Source: Patescibacteria group bacterium (GTDB taxonomy: Bacteria; Patescibacteriota; Minisyncoccia; UBA6257; JAAZHW01). From it: a stretch of 64,000 nucleotides of DNA. The notes under the pieces are model-generated. The model did no database searches and was not told the DNA's origin. It saw nothing but the letters and a program-made list of their open reading frames with translations. This document shows positions 48,491 to 61,294 of this stretch, one piece after another; position 1 is the first letter of the stretch, and each line of letters starts with the position of its first letter. The position numbers and the translations under genes were made by a program. The DNA lies in contig JAOAGL010000001.1 of assembly GCA_026415775.1 (NCBI GenBank), forward strand, positions 414,831-478,830, given 5' to 3'.

Positions 48491-50260
48491 TCAAAAATTA
48501 ACAACATTAATCTGACACATCGTTACTAAATTATCCGTTTGATAAATAATCGGGATACTAAAATTGCCTTTCTGAGAATTAGGCAAAGCAATTATTTTTA
48601 ATACTAATTCTTTATCATCTTTGTCTGGAGTAATAACATAGTCGATATTTTTAGCAAAAAATATTTCAAGACCCTGAGGTAAATTGCCGATAGTTATCTT
48701 TTGAAACAACGCATTTGGGTTTTTGTTCAAACGCACATTAACTTCTTTTACATCACCTTCTTTAATTTGGATATTAAATGGTTCTACCGAACAAGAAAAC
48801 GATGAATTGCTTTCGATATTTAAATTTTTAATCTCTGTTAATTCCTTTGTTTTCATTTTTAAACTATCCAGTATTTGTTGAACTTCAAAAGGAAATTGGA
48901 TTGGTGTGGGCGTCGGCGTTATTGTTATTGGTTCGGTAATTTCGGGTGTTTCTTCTATTGCTTCATATTCAATTTCCAACTGCGCGCCATCCAAAAAAGC
49001 AATTAAATTATCCTCTAAATTGGTGTTTAAAGTTGATTCGATACTGATTTGTAAATTATTGATTTCTAACCAGTTGGTAAGCGTTAATTCAAATTCTGTT
49101 TGATAATTTTCTTTATTATCAATGATTGTCAAAACTTGCCAATTTTCGCCATCCAAAGTGTATTTAATGATAAACAAAGGCGCTAAAGTCGGCGTTGGCA
49201 AAGTAGTGGATGTTATTTCTGCTGAAGGAGTAATTTCTAAAGCGGGGCTTTCGCTTGTTTCAGGAGTAGAAGTTTCGATTGTCGCCATGGGTGTTTCGAC
49301 TGGCGTGAAAGAATCTTCTGTTTCAAGAGGCATTTCGATTGGAGAAGCTGATGGTTCTGAAGAAGGTGTTGGCTCTAAAGTGGAAGCGGGAGTGGAAATG
49401 TAAGTTGGTTCTGGTGTTGGGGTATTTTTTAAAGTGGGCACAGCAGTTGGGTTGTTTTCTAGCGACGATTCGGTTGGAGATGCTTCTTGAGCCAAAACTT
49501 TTTTCAAAAATATTTTTAACAAAGAAAGTGGCGTTGGCGTTGGTCCTTCGGATTGAGTCGGTGTAGGTGTTGATGTTGGTTGTTCTAATGGAGTTGGTGT
49601 TTGTTTTAAAATTGGAGTTTGTTCAGTTGTTGGTGTTAATTCAATTTCTGGGCTTGATTCGATAGTTTCAGTTGAGGTGGAATTGGTAGATTCAATATTT
49701 GTTTCTGTGGGTGAAAACATAAGTGTATTTTCTTCACTCGGGGAAGGAATTTCTTCCGGTGGAACAATTATCATTGTTGGTGTTGGTTCAATTAAGTTTA
49801 AATCATTAAGTTCTTGTTGTGTTATTAACCATTCATTTTTATTTCCGATTCTAAAATTAAGTTTTAATGTTGCGCCGGTAATTTGTTTGTCGTCGGTTTC
49901 AATAAGGGATGGATTTTGAAAACCGCCAAAAAAAATCTGTTTTATTCCTCCGCCATCAAAAATAGCTGAATTATTTTCATTAAAATATTTTAGCTCAGCA
50001 TCAAAATCTAAATCCGGTTGATCAATGGCTTTATCAACATTATTCCAATTTCCCAAAGCTGAACTAGGGTAAAAATAAATAATATCAGCTTTTAAAACAG
50101 CGCTATAAAAAAGCCAGCCAGTAATAATTAAAACAATAAAAATCATTAACCAATTAATAATTTGGCTTCTCTTTCTTAAATCCAAAATTTCTGTTTCTTT
50201 AGCTTTTTGAATATCGGTAAAATAAGCTAATGTTTTCTTTTTTGCCTTAGCCCTCATCAA
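48491..50260 (-). CDS. Membrane-anchored Pro/Thr/Glu-rich surface protein
   Basis: N-terminal TM, long PT/PE low-complexity region, beta-rich C-terminus. Confidence 0.65.
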   Translation of the reverse strand: MMRAKAKKKTLAYFTDIQKAKETEILDLRKRSQIINWLMIFIVLIITGWLFYSAVLKADIIYFYPSSALGNWNNVDKAIDQPDLDFDAELKYFNENNSAIFDGGGIKQIFFGGFQNPSLIETDDKQITGATLKLNFRIGNKNEWLITQQELNDLNLIEPTPTMIIVPPEEIPSPSEENTLMFSPTETNIESTNSTSTETIESSPEIELTPTTEQTPILKQTPTPLEQPTSTPTPTQSEGPTPTPLSLLKIFLKKVLAQEASPTESSLENNPTAVPTLKNTPTPEPTYISTPASTLEPTPSSEPSASPIEMPLETEDSFTPVETPMATIETSTPETSESPALEITPSAEITSTTLPTPTLAPLFIIKYTLDGENWQVLTIIDNKENYQTEFELTLTNWLEINNLQISIESTLNTNLEDNLIAFLDGAQLEIEYEAIEETPEITEPITITPTPTPIQFPFEVQQILDSLKMKTKELTEIKNLNIESNSSFSCSVEPFNIQIKEGDVKEVNVRLNKNPNALFQKITIGNLPQGLEIFFAKNIDYVITPDKDDKELVLKIIALPNSQKGNFSIPIIYQTDNLVTMCQINVVNF

Positions 50261-50319
50261 TAATATTATAACACTTTTATTTTGAATGTTTTTATTAAGT
50301 TATCCACACAAAAACAAAA

Positions 50320-50347
50320 AACCCGATTAACAATTGCTAATCGGGTT
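50320..50347 (-). terminator. Terminator after rplK
   Basis: AACCCGATTA-N8-TAATCGGGTT followed by a T tract on the minus strand. Confidence 0.75.
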
Positions 50348-50368
50348 AAAAGGAAACTGTTTTTAATC

Positions 50369-50791
50369 TTAATCAACAATTTCTATACCCATATTCCGCG
50401 CTGTTCCCTCAATCATTCTCATTGCTGCCTCTAAATCATTTGTGTTTAAATCTGGCATTTTAATCTCGGCAATTTCTTTAATTTGTGCCCGTGTTACCTT
50501 CCCTACTTTCTTTCTGTTTGGTTCGCCTGAACCTTTTTCAATACCAGCAGCTTTTCTTAAAAGATCAGAAGCTGGTGGAGTTTTTAATTTAAACTCATAA
50601 CTTCTATCTTCGTAAATGGTAATTTCAACAGGAATAAGACTGTCGCCTTTATCTTTAGTTGCTTCATTAAAGCGCTGACAAAATTCACCAATATTGATAC
50701 CTTGAGGACCTAAAGCAGTACCAACTGGTGGTGCTGGGTTGGCTTTTCCTGCTGGTATTTGAAGTTTAATAATAGCTTTTACTTTTTTCAT
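50369..50791 (-). CDS. rplK: 50S ribosomal protein L11
   Basis: [28 protein letters not shown]. Confidence 0.98.
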   Translation of the reverse strand: MKKVKAIIKLQIPAGKANPAPPVGTALGPQGINIGEFCQRFNEATKDKGDSLIPVEITIYEDRSYEFKLKTPPASDLLRKAAGIEKGSGEPNRKKVGKVTRAQIKEIAEIKMPDLNTNDLEAAMRMIEGTARNMGIEIVD

Positions 50792-50793
50792 AT

Positions 50794-51339
50794 TTAAATT
50801 TTTTTAACTTGTAAAAAGTCTAGTTCGACTGGGGTTTCACGACCAAAAATAGAAACTAAAACTTTCACTTTAGCCGTTGCCTCGTCAATTTCTTTAATCT
50901 TCCCATCAAAATCTTTAAATGGCCCATCGGTAATTTTTACCGTGTCCCCTATTTGAAAATCAACCTTATATTTCGGCTCTTCTACATTCATTCGTTTTAA
51001 AAGTGATTGCACCTCTTCGTCGGATAATGGAGATGGCTTGGTGGCATCGGCACCAATAAATCCGGACACACGCGGTGTATTGCGCACGACATACCATGAA
51101 TCATCAGTCAAAATCATTTCTACCAAAACATAACCGGGATAAATTTTTTCTTCCACAACATAACGTTTTCCTCCTTTAATTTTTATTTTCTTTTCTTTGG
51201 GAACAATCACATTAAAAATTTTATCGTGCATATCCAATGTTTCAATTCTTTGCTTCAAATAACGCGCCACGGCGTCTTCGTATCCTGCATAAGTATGGAT
51301 GGCATACCACCCTCTTTCATTAGATTGTTGTTTTGGCAT
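50794..51339 (-). CDS. nusG: Transcription factor NusG
   Basis: [39 protein letters not shown]. Confidence 0.97.
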   Translation of the reverse strand: MPKQQSNERGWYAIHTYAGYEDAVARYLKQRIETLDMHDKIFNVIVPKEKKIKIKGGKRYVVEEKIYPGYVLVEMILTDDSWYVVRNTPRVSGFIGADATKPSPLSDEEVQSLLKRMNVEEPKYKVDFQIGDTVKITDGPFKDFDGKIKEIDEATAKVKVLVSIFGRETPVELDFLQVKKI

Positions 51340-51340
51340 A

Positions 51341-51532
51341 TTAAGATTTTAAAATAAATCGGCTAAGTAATCCTGTAAAAAGAAAGTCCCAAAGACCCAA
51401 AAATATCGCCATAATCAAAGAAAGACCAATGACAATTAAAGTATATTTTATCGCTTGGTTTTTAGTTAACCAATTAACGTGTTTAAATTCATTTTTTACT
51501 TCTTTAATATAAGTTTTAAATTTAGCCAACAT
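51341..51532 (-). CDS. secE: Preprotein translocase SecE
   Basis: EFKHVNW plus a single TM upstream of nusG. Confidence 0.9.
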   Translation of the reverse strand: MLAKFKTYIKEVKNEFKHVNWLTKNQAIKYTLIVIGLSLIMAIFLGLWDFLFTGLLSRFILKS

Positions 51533-51561
51533 ACTTATTGTTAAATATTAAAATTTAAAGA

Positions 51562-53571
<2,010 letters not shown>

Positions 53572-53655
53572 TTAACAAATTTTTTCGAAAAAATAAAGAG
53601 CTCAAAAAGAAAAAAGTTGAGTTTTTTTCAAGAATTATTCTTGTTTTTTAATTAA

Positions 53656-55062
53656 CTACTTTTTAATTTCTATTCCCAATTCCTTCAATTGAGTTTTATC
53701 AATTTCAGAAGGCGCATTCATCATTAAATCTCTGCCGTCTCCCGTTTTGGGGAAAGCAATAACCTCACGAATGCTTGGCTCATTCATTAGAATCATTACC
53801 AACCTATCAATGCCCATTGCAATACCGCCATGTGGCGGAACGCCATATTCAAAAGCCTCTAAAATATGACCAAATTTTTCCTTAATTTCCTCTGGTTTAT
53901 TGCCCATTATTTCAAAAACTTTTTGAAGGATAAAAGGATTATGTTCTCTAATCGAACCGCCGCCAATTTCATAACCATTTAAAACTACATCGTATTGATG
54001 AGCTAGTGCCTCACCTGGATTTTTTTCTAAATATTTTACAAATTCATCAGGAGGTAAATTATTCGGGTTTTGTGTTTTAGTAAATGGATGATGAACAGCA
54101 TCCCACCTTTTTTCCGTTTCTTTCCACTCAAACATCGGGAAATTAACTACAAAAGCAAAAGCCAATTCATTAGGATTATTTTTATCTTTTCTTAAATCTG
54201 GTTTATCGCTGTTATATTTTTCCATTACTTCTTGATAGGAAAGACGTGGAAAGTTGGAAAAAGTTAGGATTTTTTCAGGGAATAATTCTTTAACAATTTT
54301 CAAATATAAATCTTCGATTAAACCTAAAATTTCTTCCTGGGTAGGAAAACTCATTTCTATATCTAATTGAGTAAATTCGGGTTGGCGATCGCCGCGCGTG
54401 TCTTCATCGCGAAAACATCTGGCAATCTGAAAGTATCTTTCAAAACCAGCAACCATTAATAATTGTTTATACTGTTGGGGTGATTGCGGCAAAGCATAAA
54501 ATTTCCCGTGATGCAATCGGGATGGCACTACATAATCGCGGGCCCCCTCGGGAGTTGATTTTGTTAAAATTGGAGTTTCAATCTCAACAAAACCTTTTTC
54601 GTGTAAGTAATTGCGCATTAACAAAATAATATCATGCCTTGCTCTTAAATTTTTTTGTAATCGTTGTCGTCTTAAATCCAAATAGCGATATTTCAACCGA
54701 TGTTCCTCCCCTATTTCAAACCCTTCCTTATCGATGGCGATTGGCAGAGTTTTGCTTTGATTAAGAATATTTAAACCTTTGGCCTCAATCTCAATATAAC
54801 CCGTCTCGATTTTAGGATTTTCCATTCCTTTTGGCCGTTGATTAACCTTTCCAATAATTTCTACCACCCATTCGCTTCTTAATTCTTTAGCCTGATTATA
54901 AATTTCGCTATTGGGCAAAAAAACTACTTGAACAAAACCTGTTTTATCACGCAAATCAATAAAAATTAATTTGCCGTGATCGCGACGAGTATCAACCCAT
55001 CCCTTAATTAAAACTTCTTGACCAATTTTTTGCGTTAAATTCTTAATAAATGTTCTCTCCAT
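53656..55062 (-). CDS. aspS: Aspartate--tRNA ligase (short, no GAD insertion)
   Basis: RRDHGKLIFIDLRD, STPEGARDY, LPQSPQQYKQLLM, PPHGGIA; ATG 55062 avoids overlap with rmuC. Confidence 0.95.
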   Translation of the reverse strand: MERTFIKNLTQKIGQEVLIKGWVDTRRDHGKLIFIDLRDKTGFVQVVFLPNSEIYNQAKELRSEWVVEIIGKVNQRPKGMENPKIETGYIEIEAKGLNILNQSKTLPIAIDKEGFEIGEEHRLKYRYLDLRRQRLQKNLRARHDIILLMRNYLHEKGFVEIETPILTKSTPEGARDYVVPSRLHHGKFYALPQSPQQYKQLLMVAGFERYFQIARCFRDEDTRGDRQPEFTQLDIEMSFPTQEEILGLIEDLYLKIVKELFPEKILTFSNFPRLSYQEVMEKYNSDKPDLRKDKNNPNELAFAFVVNFPMFEWKETEKRWDAVHHPFTKTQNPNNLPPDEFVKYLEKNPGEALAHQYDVVLNGYEIGGGSIREHNPFILQKVFEIMGNKPEEIKEKFGHILEAFEYGVPPHGGIAMGIDRLVMILMNEPSIREVIAFPKTGDGRDLMMNAPSEIDKTQLKELGIEIKK

Positions 55063-55066
55063 ATTT

Positions 55067-56137
55067 TTATTTTTCTTCAATTTCGGGCGGAGCAATAACT
55101 TGAATATCATTTTTTAAAAATCCTTCGCCCGAAATTTTTAAAATATCTCTATCAATTTTATTAAATTCTTTGTAAGCAGTGGAATATGTGTTAACGGTCG
55201 TGGAAAGATTATTCCCTAATTTTTGCATATATAATTCATAATTTGCCAGATGTTTTCTAAGCTCTTCGACTTTTTTGATAATTTCCCGCGCTGATTCTTC
55301 AATTTGAAAAGCTCTTAAACCCTGAAGTACTGTTTGTAAATAAGCGGCAAATGTAGTAGCTGAAACAATAATAACCTTTTTCTCCCGAGCCGCATATTCA
55401 ATTAAATCACGAGTATTGGAATCTAAGCTGCCTACTTTATTTATAAGCAAATCATAATAAAGCGCTTCAGAAGGAATAAACATAAAGGCAAAGTCCGTTG
55501 TGCCTTTTTTTGGTTGAATATATTTTGCTGTTTCATTAATCCTTGTTTTTAAATCATTACAGACTGCTTTTTCCAATTCTTCGCGCCTTTGCGGATTGGT
55601 TTCAGAAATAAGCCGATTGTAGTTCTCTAAAGAAAATTTGGAATCAACTGGAATAATTTTGTCTTTAACAAAAATAGCGGCATCAACAATCAATTTTTTA
55701 TTTTCCTCATCTTTCCCTAACTGATATTGAAGCTGATAGGCTGTTGGTGGTAAAAAGTTTTTTAAAGTAACTTCCAAATAGTATTCTCCTAAAATGCCAC
55801 GTTGTTTTGGATTTTTCAAAATATCTTGAAGTTGTTCTAATTGCTTTGCCAAATCAAAAACTTGTTTTTGCCCCTCGCCCACCCTCGTCAATTCCTGTGT
55901 AATTTCTTTTATTAATTTAGCGCTTTCGCTAAATTGCCTTTGAAGTACTTGACCAGATTCGGAAAGCTTTAAATCTAATGTTTCATTGATTTTATTAATT
56001 TGGTTTTGAAGTAAAATAAGTGCTGTATCTGTTTCTTTTCCTTTATTTAGGCGCCGAAACAAAATAATTAAAGCTGTAACAATAGCTCCCAACCCTAAAA
56101 TTAAAAGAATAAAATTAATGACTAATAAAGTTGTCAT
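55067..56137 (-). CDS. rmuC: DNA recombination protein RmuC
   Basis: NPKQRGILGE, IPVDSKFSLENY, TTDFAFMFIPSEALYY. Confidence 0.9.
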   Translation of the reverse strand: MTTLLVINFILLILGLGAIVTALIILFRRLNKGKETDTALILLQNQINKINETLDLKLSESGQVLQRQFSESAKLIKEITQELTRVGEGQKQVFDLAKQLEQLQDILKNPKQRGILGEYYLEVTLKNFLPPTAYQLQYQLGKDEENKKLIVDAAIFVKDKIIPVDSKFSLENYNRLISETNPQRREELEKAVCNDLKTRINETAKYIQPKKGTTDFAFMFIPSEALYYDLLINKVGSLDSNTRDLIEYAAREKKVIIVSATTFAAYLQTVLQGLRAFQIEESAREIIKKVEELRKHLANYELYMQKLGNNLSTTVNTYSTAYKEFNKIDRDILKISGEGFLKNDIQVIAPPEIEEK

Positions 56138-56179
56138 ATTTATATCATAATCAAAAAAATAAAAAAAGAAAGATTAAAT

Positions 56180-57205
56180 CTATTTTTTTAATTTAATTTT
56201 TAATCGTTTAACAGCTGATTTTATTATCCCATTTAATAATTGAGAAAAGTTTAAACCAGCCACTCGAGCAGCACGAGGGAAACGAGAATTTTCTTTTGGA
56301 TCTGGGTTTAATCCTGCTGGACAATTAACTTCTAAAATATTGGGGGTATTATTTTTATCTAACCGGATATCAAAGCGCGCCCAATCTGCCAACTCTAAAA
56401 CATCAAAAGCCCTTAAAACAATTTTTTCAATTTCTTTTTGAAGTTTTTGACTAATCGGCGCAGGACAAATTAAAGGGTCAGCTTTAAATTTTGGATTATC
56501 GTAAAGCCATTTTGCTTCAAAATGGTCAAATTTCGGCACACCTCTTGGAAGCTCATCAAATCTAACCTCAATAATGGGTAAAATTTTTGGTGGACAACCC
56601 AAAACGCCTACGGTAAATTCGCGACCATTTAAAAATTCTTCTACCAAAACAGGTTGTTTAAATTTTTTTAATAATTCTCTAACAATTTTTCTTAATTCTT
56701 TTTCATTATTCACCAAATTCTTAGCAAAAATCCCCTTACTTGAACCCTCAGACTGCGGCTTGGCTAAAAGCGGAAATTTTAATTTTTTATCTAATTGTTC
56801 ATTATTGTTTTTAAAAACTTGCCATTTTGGCGTTGGAATTTGATGATAAGCTAAAATTTCTTTTGTTTTTACTTTATTTAATCCTATTGCATAACTCAAT
56901 GGTGAGCCGCCTGTATAAGGAATTTGAAGCATCTCCAGCATTGCTGGAATCTGCGCTTCTCTGTCTTTACCATAAAGTCCTTCACTATAATTAAAAACTA
57001 AGTCAATCTTTTTTCTTAAACGATAAAATTTAAAATATGCTTTTTCATCAGCTTCAATTAAAAAAACTTTATACCCCAATTGCTGGAGAGCTTTTTTAAT
57101 TCCTAAAATCGTTTTGGGGTCATCAAAATCGATATTTTCAATAACTTTTTTATTTTTGGTAATTTTTTTTGTTTTGCGTAAATTATATGTTAGAGCTATT
57201 TTCAT
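56180..57205 (-). CDS. ATP-grasp ligase, D-Ala-D-Ala ligase-like (second paralog)
   Basis: MKIALTYNL, FDDPKTI, VFNYSEG..REAQIPAMLE, KPQSEGSSKGI, LEVNCPAGL. Confidence 0.85.
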   Translation of the reverse strand: MKIALTYNLRKTKKITKNKKVIENIDFDDPKTILGIKKALQQLGYKVFLIEADEKAYFKFYRLRKKIDLVFNYSEGLYGKDREAQIPAMLEMLQIPYTGGSPLSYAIGLNKVKTKEILAYHQIPTPKWQVFKNNNEQLDKKLKFPLLAKPQSEGSSKGIFAKNLVNNEKELRKIVRELLKKFKQPVLVEEFLNGREFTVGVLGCPPKILPIIEVRFDELPRGVPKFDHFEAKWLYDNPKFKADPLICPAPISQKLQKEIEKIVLRAFDVLELADWARFDIRLDKNNTPNILEVNCPAGLNPDPKENSRFPRAARVAGLNFSQLLNGIIKSAVKRLKIKLKK

Positions 57206-57211
57206 TATTTA

Positions 57212-58309
57212 TTATTCTAATTCGCTTTTTAACTCGTCTAATAATTTTTTGGCTTTGGCGGAAAGCTTCTTCGGTATTTTTATTTTAACACGAATTAACA
57301 AATCGCCATAGCCATGCCGACCAAAATACGGCAAACCTTTGTTGCGAACTCTTAAAATTTTACCATGCTCAATGCCAGCAGGAATTTTTACTAATAATTT
57401 TTTTCCATAAATTGTTGGGACTTCAATTTCTTTACCCAAAATCGCATCAATAACAGAAATGGTTGTTTCATAAATTAAATCCGCGCCCTCGCGTTTGAAA
57501 AGTGGGTGGGGATGAATTTGAATTTCAACATATAAATCACCCGCCGGACCATTTTTCTCGCCATCTTCTCCAGCGCCAGCTACTCGAATAATCTGACCAT
57601 TATTAATGCCTGGTTCAATATTTAAAATGACTTTTTTCATTCCTTTAAGACGTCCGTGACCCTGACAAATAGGACAACTTTTTTCTGCTATTTTTCCTTC
57701 GCCTAAACATTCTGGACAAACTTTAATGCGAGAAAAGGAACCAAAAAAACTTTGTTTTACTTCTTTAATTTCGCCTTTACCATTACAAGTGGGACAGGTC
57801 TTAAAACCAGAACCAGGTTCATAACCTAATCCTTTACAATGTTCACATTTAACAAGCGTCTGATACTCAATTTCTTTTTTTAATCCCTTTGCCGCTTCTT
57901 CTAAAGAAATCTCTATAACCAGACGGATATCCGAACCATATTGAACTTTTTTTCTTTTTTTAGGATTAAATCCGCCGAAAATATTACTAAAAAAATCTCC
58001 TAAATCATCGTCAAAATCGAAAGCCGAAAAATCAAAATTTACACCCGGGCCAAATCCCTGAGCAAAATCAAAACCCCAAGGCCCTTGAGCGCCAGCACCT
58101 TCAAAAACTCGCCCAAACTGATCATATTGTTTTCTCTTATTTTCATCAGATAAAACTTGGTAGGCTTCATTAATTTCTTTAAATTTCTGCTCATCGCCCC
58201 CAGCTTTATCGGGGTGATATTTATGAGCGAGTTTGCGATAAGCTTTTTTAATTTCCTCTTGAGAAGCGTTTTTATCAACGCCTAAAATTTTATAATAGTC
58301 TTTTTCCAT
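57212..58309 (-). CDS. dnaJ: Chaperone DnaJ
   Basis: J domain HPD, four CxxCxGxG repeats. Confidence 0.97.
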   Translation of the reverse strand: MEKDYYKILGVDKNASQEEIKKAYRKLAHKYHPDKAGGDEQKFKEINEAYQVLSDENKRKQYDQFGRVFEGAGAQGPWGFDFAQGFGPGVNFDFSAFDFDDDLGDFFSNIFGGFNPKKRKKVQYGSDIRLVIEISLEEAAKGLKKEIEYQTLVKCEHCKGLGYEPGSGFKTCPTCNGKGEIKEVKQSFFGSFSRIKVCPECLGEGKIAEKSCPICQGHGRLKGMKKVILNIEPGINNGQIIRVAGAGEDGEKNGPAGDLYVEIQIHPHPLFKREGADLIYETTISVIDAILGKEIEVPTIYGKKLLVKIPAGIEHGKILRVRNKGLPYFGRHGYGDLLIRVKIKIPKKLSAKAKKLLDELKSELE

Positions 58310-58328
58310 AAAATTAAACGATTAAATT

Positions 58329-59375
58329 TTAATAAAGAATGATGTTTTCTTTGATTTTATTTTCGGTGGCAATCGCTACAAATCCCGAAGATAATAAAAT
58401 TTCATAAATTAACCAACCAAAAATTCTCGTCCACCAATTGATAAAAACAGATAGAAATCTTAGAATGGCAAACATAAAAGCGAAAATAATTAAAATAATT
58501 ATCTGCTTTATTTGTAATTCTGCTGCTCGATATTTATTGTATAAAAATTGGTATGCTACCATATTTAATGACTCGGTTCCTTGTAATTTAAAACCCGCCA
58601 ATTCGCTTAATTGGTCTTTCATTGCTTTTGAATTTTGTTCAATTATTGTTTTCTTTTGTTGTTCAACATAACTTGTTGGAAGGTTTTTTAACTGCTCTTT
58701 ATTTTGCTCAAATAATTTTTCTGTTTGATCTGTAATTACCGCTTTTATAAAATCATCGGCCATCATGCTCCAATCAAAATTAGTAAAATATTTTTTTAAA
58801 ATAGGTGTTGATGGTTTAAGGGCAATATTTATTGTCTTTGGAGTAAATAAAGTGTCTAATTGGGTAATGACGCCACCCAGCCATTGAAGACAAATAAACA
58901 AATTGATTCCGATTAACGCCAAAACTAAACCGCGTTTGGTAATTTCATTCCAGCGTAATTTTATTAAATCATTCATCCTGCGACGCATCAAAAAAGTTCC
59001 TCCCCAAAAACATAAAAGCATTACCAACCAAACACCAGCACTCCACAACAAAGACATCGGCACAATTTTGCCACTATTCCGACTTAAATAAAAAGCAAGA
59101 ACGAAAACAAAAGTTTCTAATAAAAGAGTTCCGAATCTGACCGAACGAGCAAATAATGATTCAAAGAGGTAAAAAATAAGAAAAAGAGTTAAAAATAAAA
59201 GAAAAGTAATCCAAGCTGAATTAAAAATAAACTTCTGAAATAAAAATGCTTTACCGAGACTCCAACCGCTTAAAAAGGCAAAAATTAAAACGAGACCGCT
59301 TAGAATAGAAATCTTCAATAAATATTTTGTTTGCGCATGATTACTTCCTGTCGTAAGAATATTGGAAATATCCAT
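58329..59375 (-). CDS. Multi-pass membrane protein of unknown function
   Basis: Several TM helices; ATG 59375 sits 4 nt past the dnaK stop. Confidence 0.7.
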   Translation of the reverse strand: MDISNILTTGSNHAQTKYLLKISILSGLVLIFAFLSGWSLGKAFLFQKFIFNSAWITFLLFLTLFLIFYLFESLFARSVRFGTLLLETFVFVLAFYLSRNSGKIVPMSLLWSAGVWLVMLLCFWGGTFLMRRRMNDLIKLRWNEITKRGLVLALIGINLFICLQWLGGVITQLDTLFTPKTINIALKPSTPILKKYFTNFDWSMMADDFIKAVITDQTEKLFEQNKEQLKNLPTSYVEQQKKTIIEQNSKAMKDQLSELAGFKLQGTESLNMVAYQFLYNKYRAAELQIKQIIILIIFAFMFAILRFLSVFINWWTRIFGWLIYEILLSSGFVAIATENKIKENIILY

Positions 59376-59379
59376 ATTT

Positions 59380-61254
59380 TTATTGTTCTTTAAATTCGGC
59401 GTCTTGGGGATTATCATTATTTTGCTGGTTGCTGGATTGATTATCCCCCTGACCTCCTTGATACATTTTAGCACCAATTTTTTGAATTGCCAAAGAAAGA
59501 TTTTGAGTAGCAGTTTTTATACGATTAATATCATCGTTTTTAATGGCATCTTTCAAATCATTAATTTTCTCTTCGATTTCTTTTCTTTCTTCACTACTAA
59601 CTTTATCACCCCCTTCTCGCAAAGTTTTTTCAGAAACATAAATCAAGTTTTCTGCCTGATTTTTTGCTTCGGCCAATTCTTTCTTTTTCCTGTCTTCCTC
59701 TAAATGCATTTCTGCCTCTTTTTTCATTCGTTCAATCTCCTCTTTACTTAAACCAGTCGAGGCTTCAATACGAACAGATTGTTCTTTGCCTGTTGCCTTA
59801 TCGCGAGCAATTACCTTTAAAATACCATTAGCATCAATATCAAAAGTTACTTCAATTTGAGGCACGCCACGCGGCGCTGGAGGAATGCCGTCTAAAATGA
59901 AACGCGCTAAAGTTTTATTATCTGCCGCCATTTCTCTTTCTCCCTGCAGCACATGAATTTCAACTGATGTTTGATTATCAGTGGCGGTAGAAAAAATTTG
60001 GGTTTTGGCAACCGGCACTGTTGTATTTTTCTCAATTATTTTAGTAAAGACACCGCCTAATGTTTCAATACCCAAAGATAGAGGCGTAACATCCAAAAGT
60101 AAAATATCCCTCACCTCGCCTTGGAGTACTCCTGCTTCAACAGCTGCACCCATCGCCACTACTTCATCAGGATTAATTCCTTTGTGCGGTTCTTTGCCGA
60201 ATAAATTTTTCACCGCTTCCTGCATTGCTGGCATTCTTGTCTGACCACCAACTAAAATTACTTCATCAATATCTGTTACTTTTAAATTTTTTTCAGCTAA
60301 AGTTTTTTTAACTAATTCTATTGAACGATCAATATAATCTTTAACTAATTCTTCTAATTTGGCCCGAGTTAATTTCATTTCAAAATGTTTGGGCCCAGAA
60401 GCGTCTGAAGTAATAAACGGCAAATTAACTTCTGTTTCTAAAACTGTTGATAATTCGTGTTTGGCACGTTCGGCAGCTTCTTTTAATCGTTGGAGCGCCA
60501 AAGAATCTTTTGATAAATCAATTCCTTCTTTCTTCTTAAATTCATCAACAAAATAATTAATAATTCTTTGATCAAAATCATCGCCGCCTAAATGTGTATC
60601 ACCACCCGTCACCAATACTTCAATAGTATCTTCTGACACCTCCAAAACAGAAATATCAAAAGTGCCTCCGCCAAAATCATAGACCACTACTCTTTCATTC
60701 TTTTTCTTATTTAATCCGTACGCCAAAGCAGCGGCTGTTGGTTCGTTTAAAATTCTTCTTACTTTAAAGCCAGCAATTTCACCTGCATTTTTTGTCGCCT
60801 GTCTCTGACTGTCATCAAAATAAGCTGGAACAGTAATAATTGCTTCCTCTATTTTTTCACCCAATTTTTCTTCAGCATCTAACTTAAGTTTTTGTAAAAT
60901 CATGGCAGAAATTTCTTCTGGACGATGCCATTTGTCGCCCATTTTTACCTCAACACCGCCGCTTGCTGATTCGCGAATTTCGTATGGCAACCATTTCTTA
61001 TCTCTTTGTACCTCTGGATCAGTATATTTGCGACCAATTAATCTTTTAATTGAAAAAATGGTGTTTTGCGGATTAGTAATAGCTTGGCGTTTGGCCAAAA
61101 CTCCAACCAATCTTTCACCATTTTTAGCAATAGCAACTATTGAAGGGGTTGTCCGCATCCCCTCTTTATTTTCGATAATTTTTGGTTGGCCAGCTTCAAT
61201 AATAGCCATTGCGGAGTTGGTTGTGCCCAAATCAATTCCTAAAATTTTCCCCAT
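59380..61254 (-). CDS. dnaK: Chaperone DnaK
   Basis: [26 protein letters not shown]. Confidence 0.99.
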   Translation of the reverse strand: MGKILGIDLGTTNSAMAIIEAGQPKIIENKEGMRTTPSIVAIAKNGERLVGVLAKRQAITNPQNTIFSIKRLIGRKYTDPEVQRDKKWLPYEIRESASGGVEVKMGDKWHRPEEISAMILQKLKLDAEEKLGEKIEEAIITVPAYFDDSQRQATKNAGEIAGFKVRRILNEPTAAALAYGLNKKKNERVVVYDFGGGTFDISVLEVSEDTIEVLVTGGDTHLGGDDFDQRIINYFVDEFKKKEGIDLSKDSLALQRLKEAAERAKHELSTVLETEVNLPFITSDASGPKHFEMKLTRAKLEELVKDYIDRSIELVKKTLAEKNLKVTDIDEVILVGGQTRMPAMQEAVKNLFGKEPHKGINPDEVVAMGAAVEAGVLQGEVRDILLLDVTPLSLGIETLGGVFTKIIEKNTTVPVAKTQIFSTATDNQTSVEIHVLQGEREMAADNKTLARFILDGIPPAPRGVPQIEVTFDIDANGILKVIARDKATGKEQSVRIEASTGLSKEEIERMKKEAEMHLEEDRKKKELAEAKNQAENLIYVSEKTLREGGDKVSSEERKEIEEKINDLKDAIKNDDINRIKTATQNLSLAIQKIGAKMYQGGQGDNQSSNQQNNDNPQDAEFKEQ

Positions 61255-61294
61255 ATCTTTTAAATTTATTTATTTATTCGAACCTTTATAGAAA

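Noticed and set aside
50281-50360. Replication origin
   Set aside because: Only one DnaA box here, no cluster and no dnaA/dnaN nearby
58329-59477. Long overlaps implied by the ORF track (membrane gene into dnaK; likewise aspS into rmuC)
   Set aside because: Downstream ATGs at 59375 and 55062 remove the overlaps and fit the tight operon spacing
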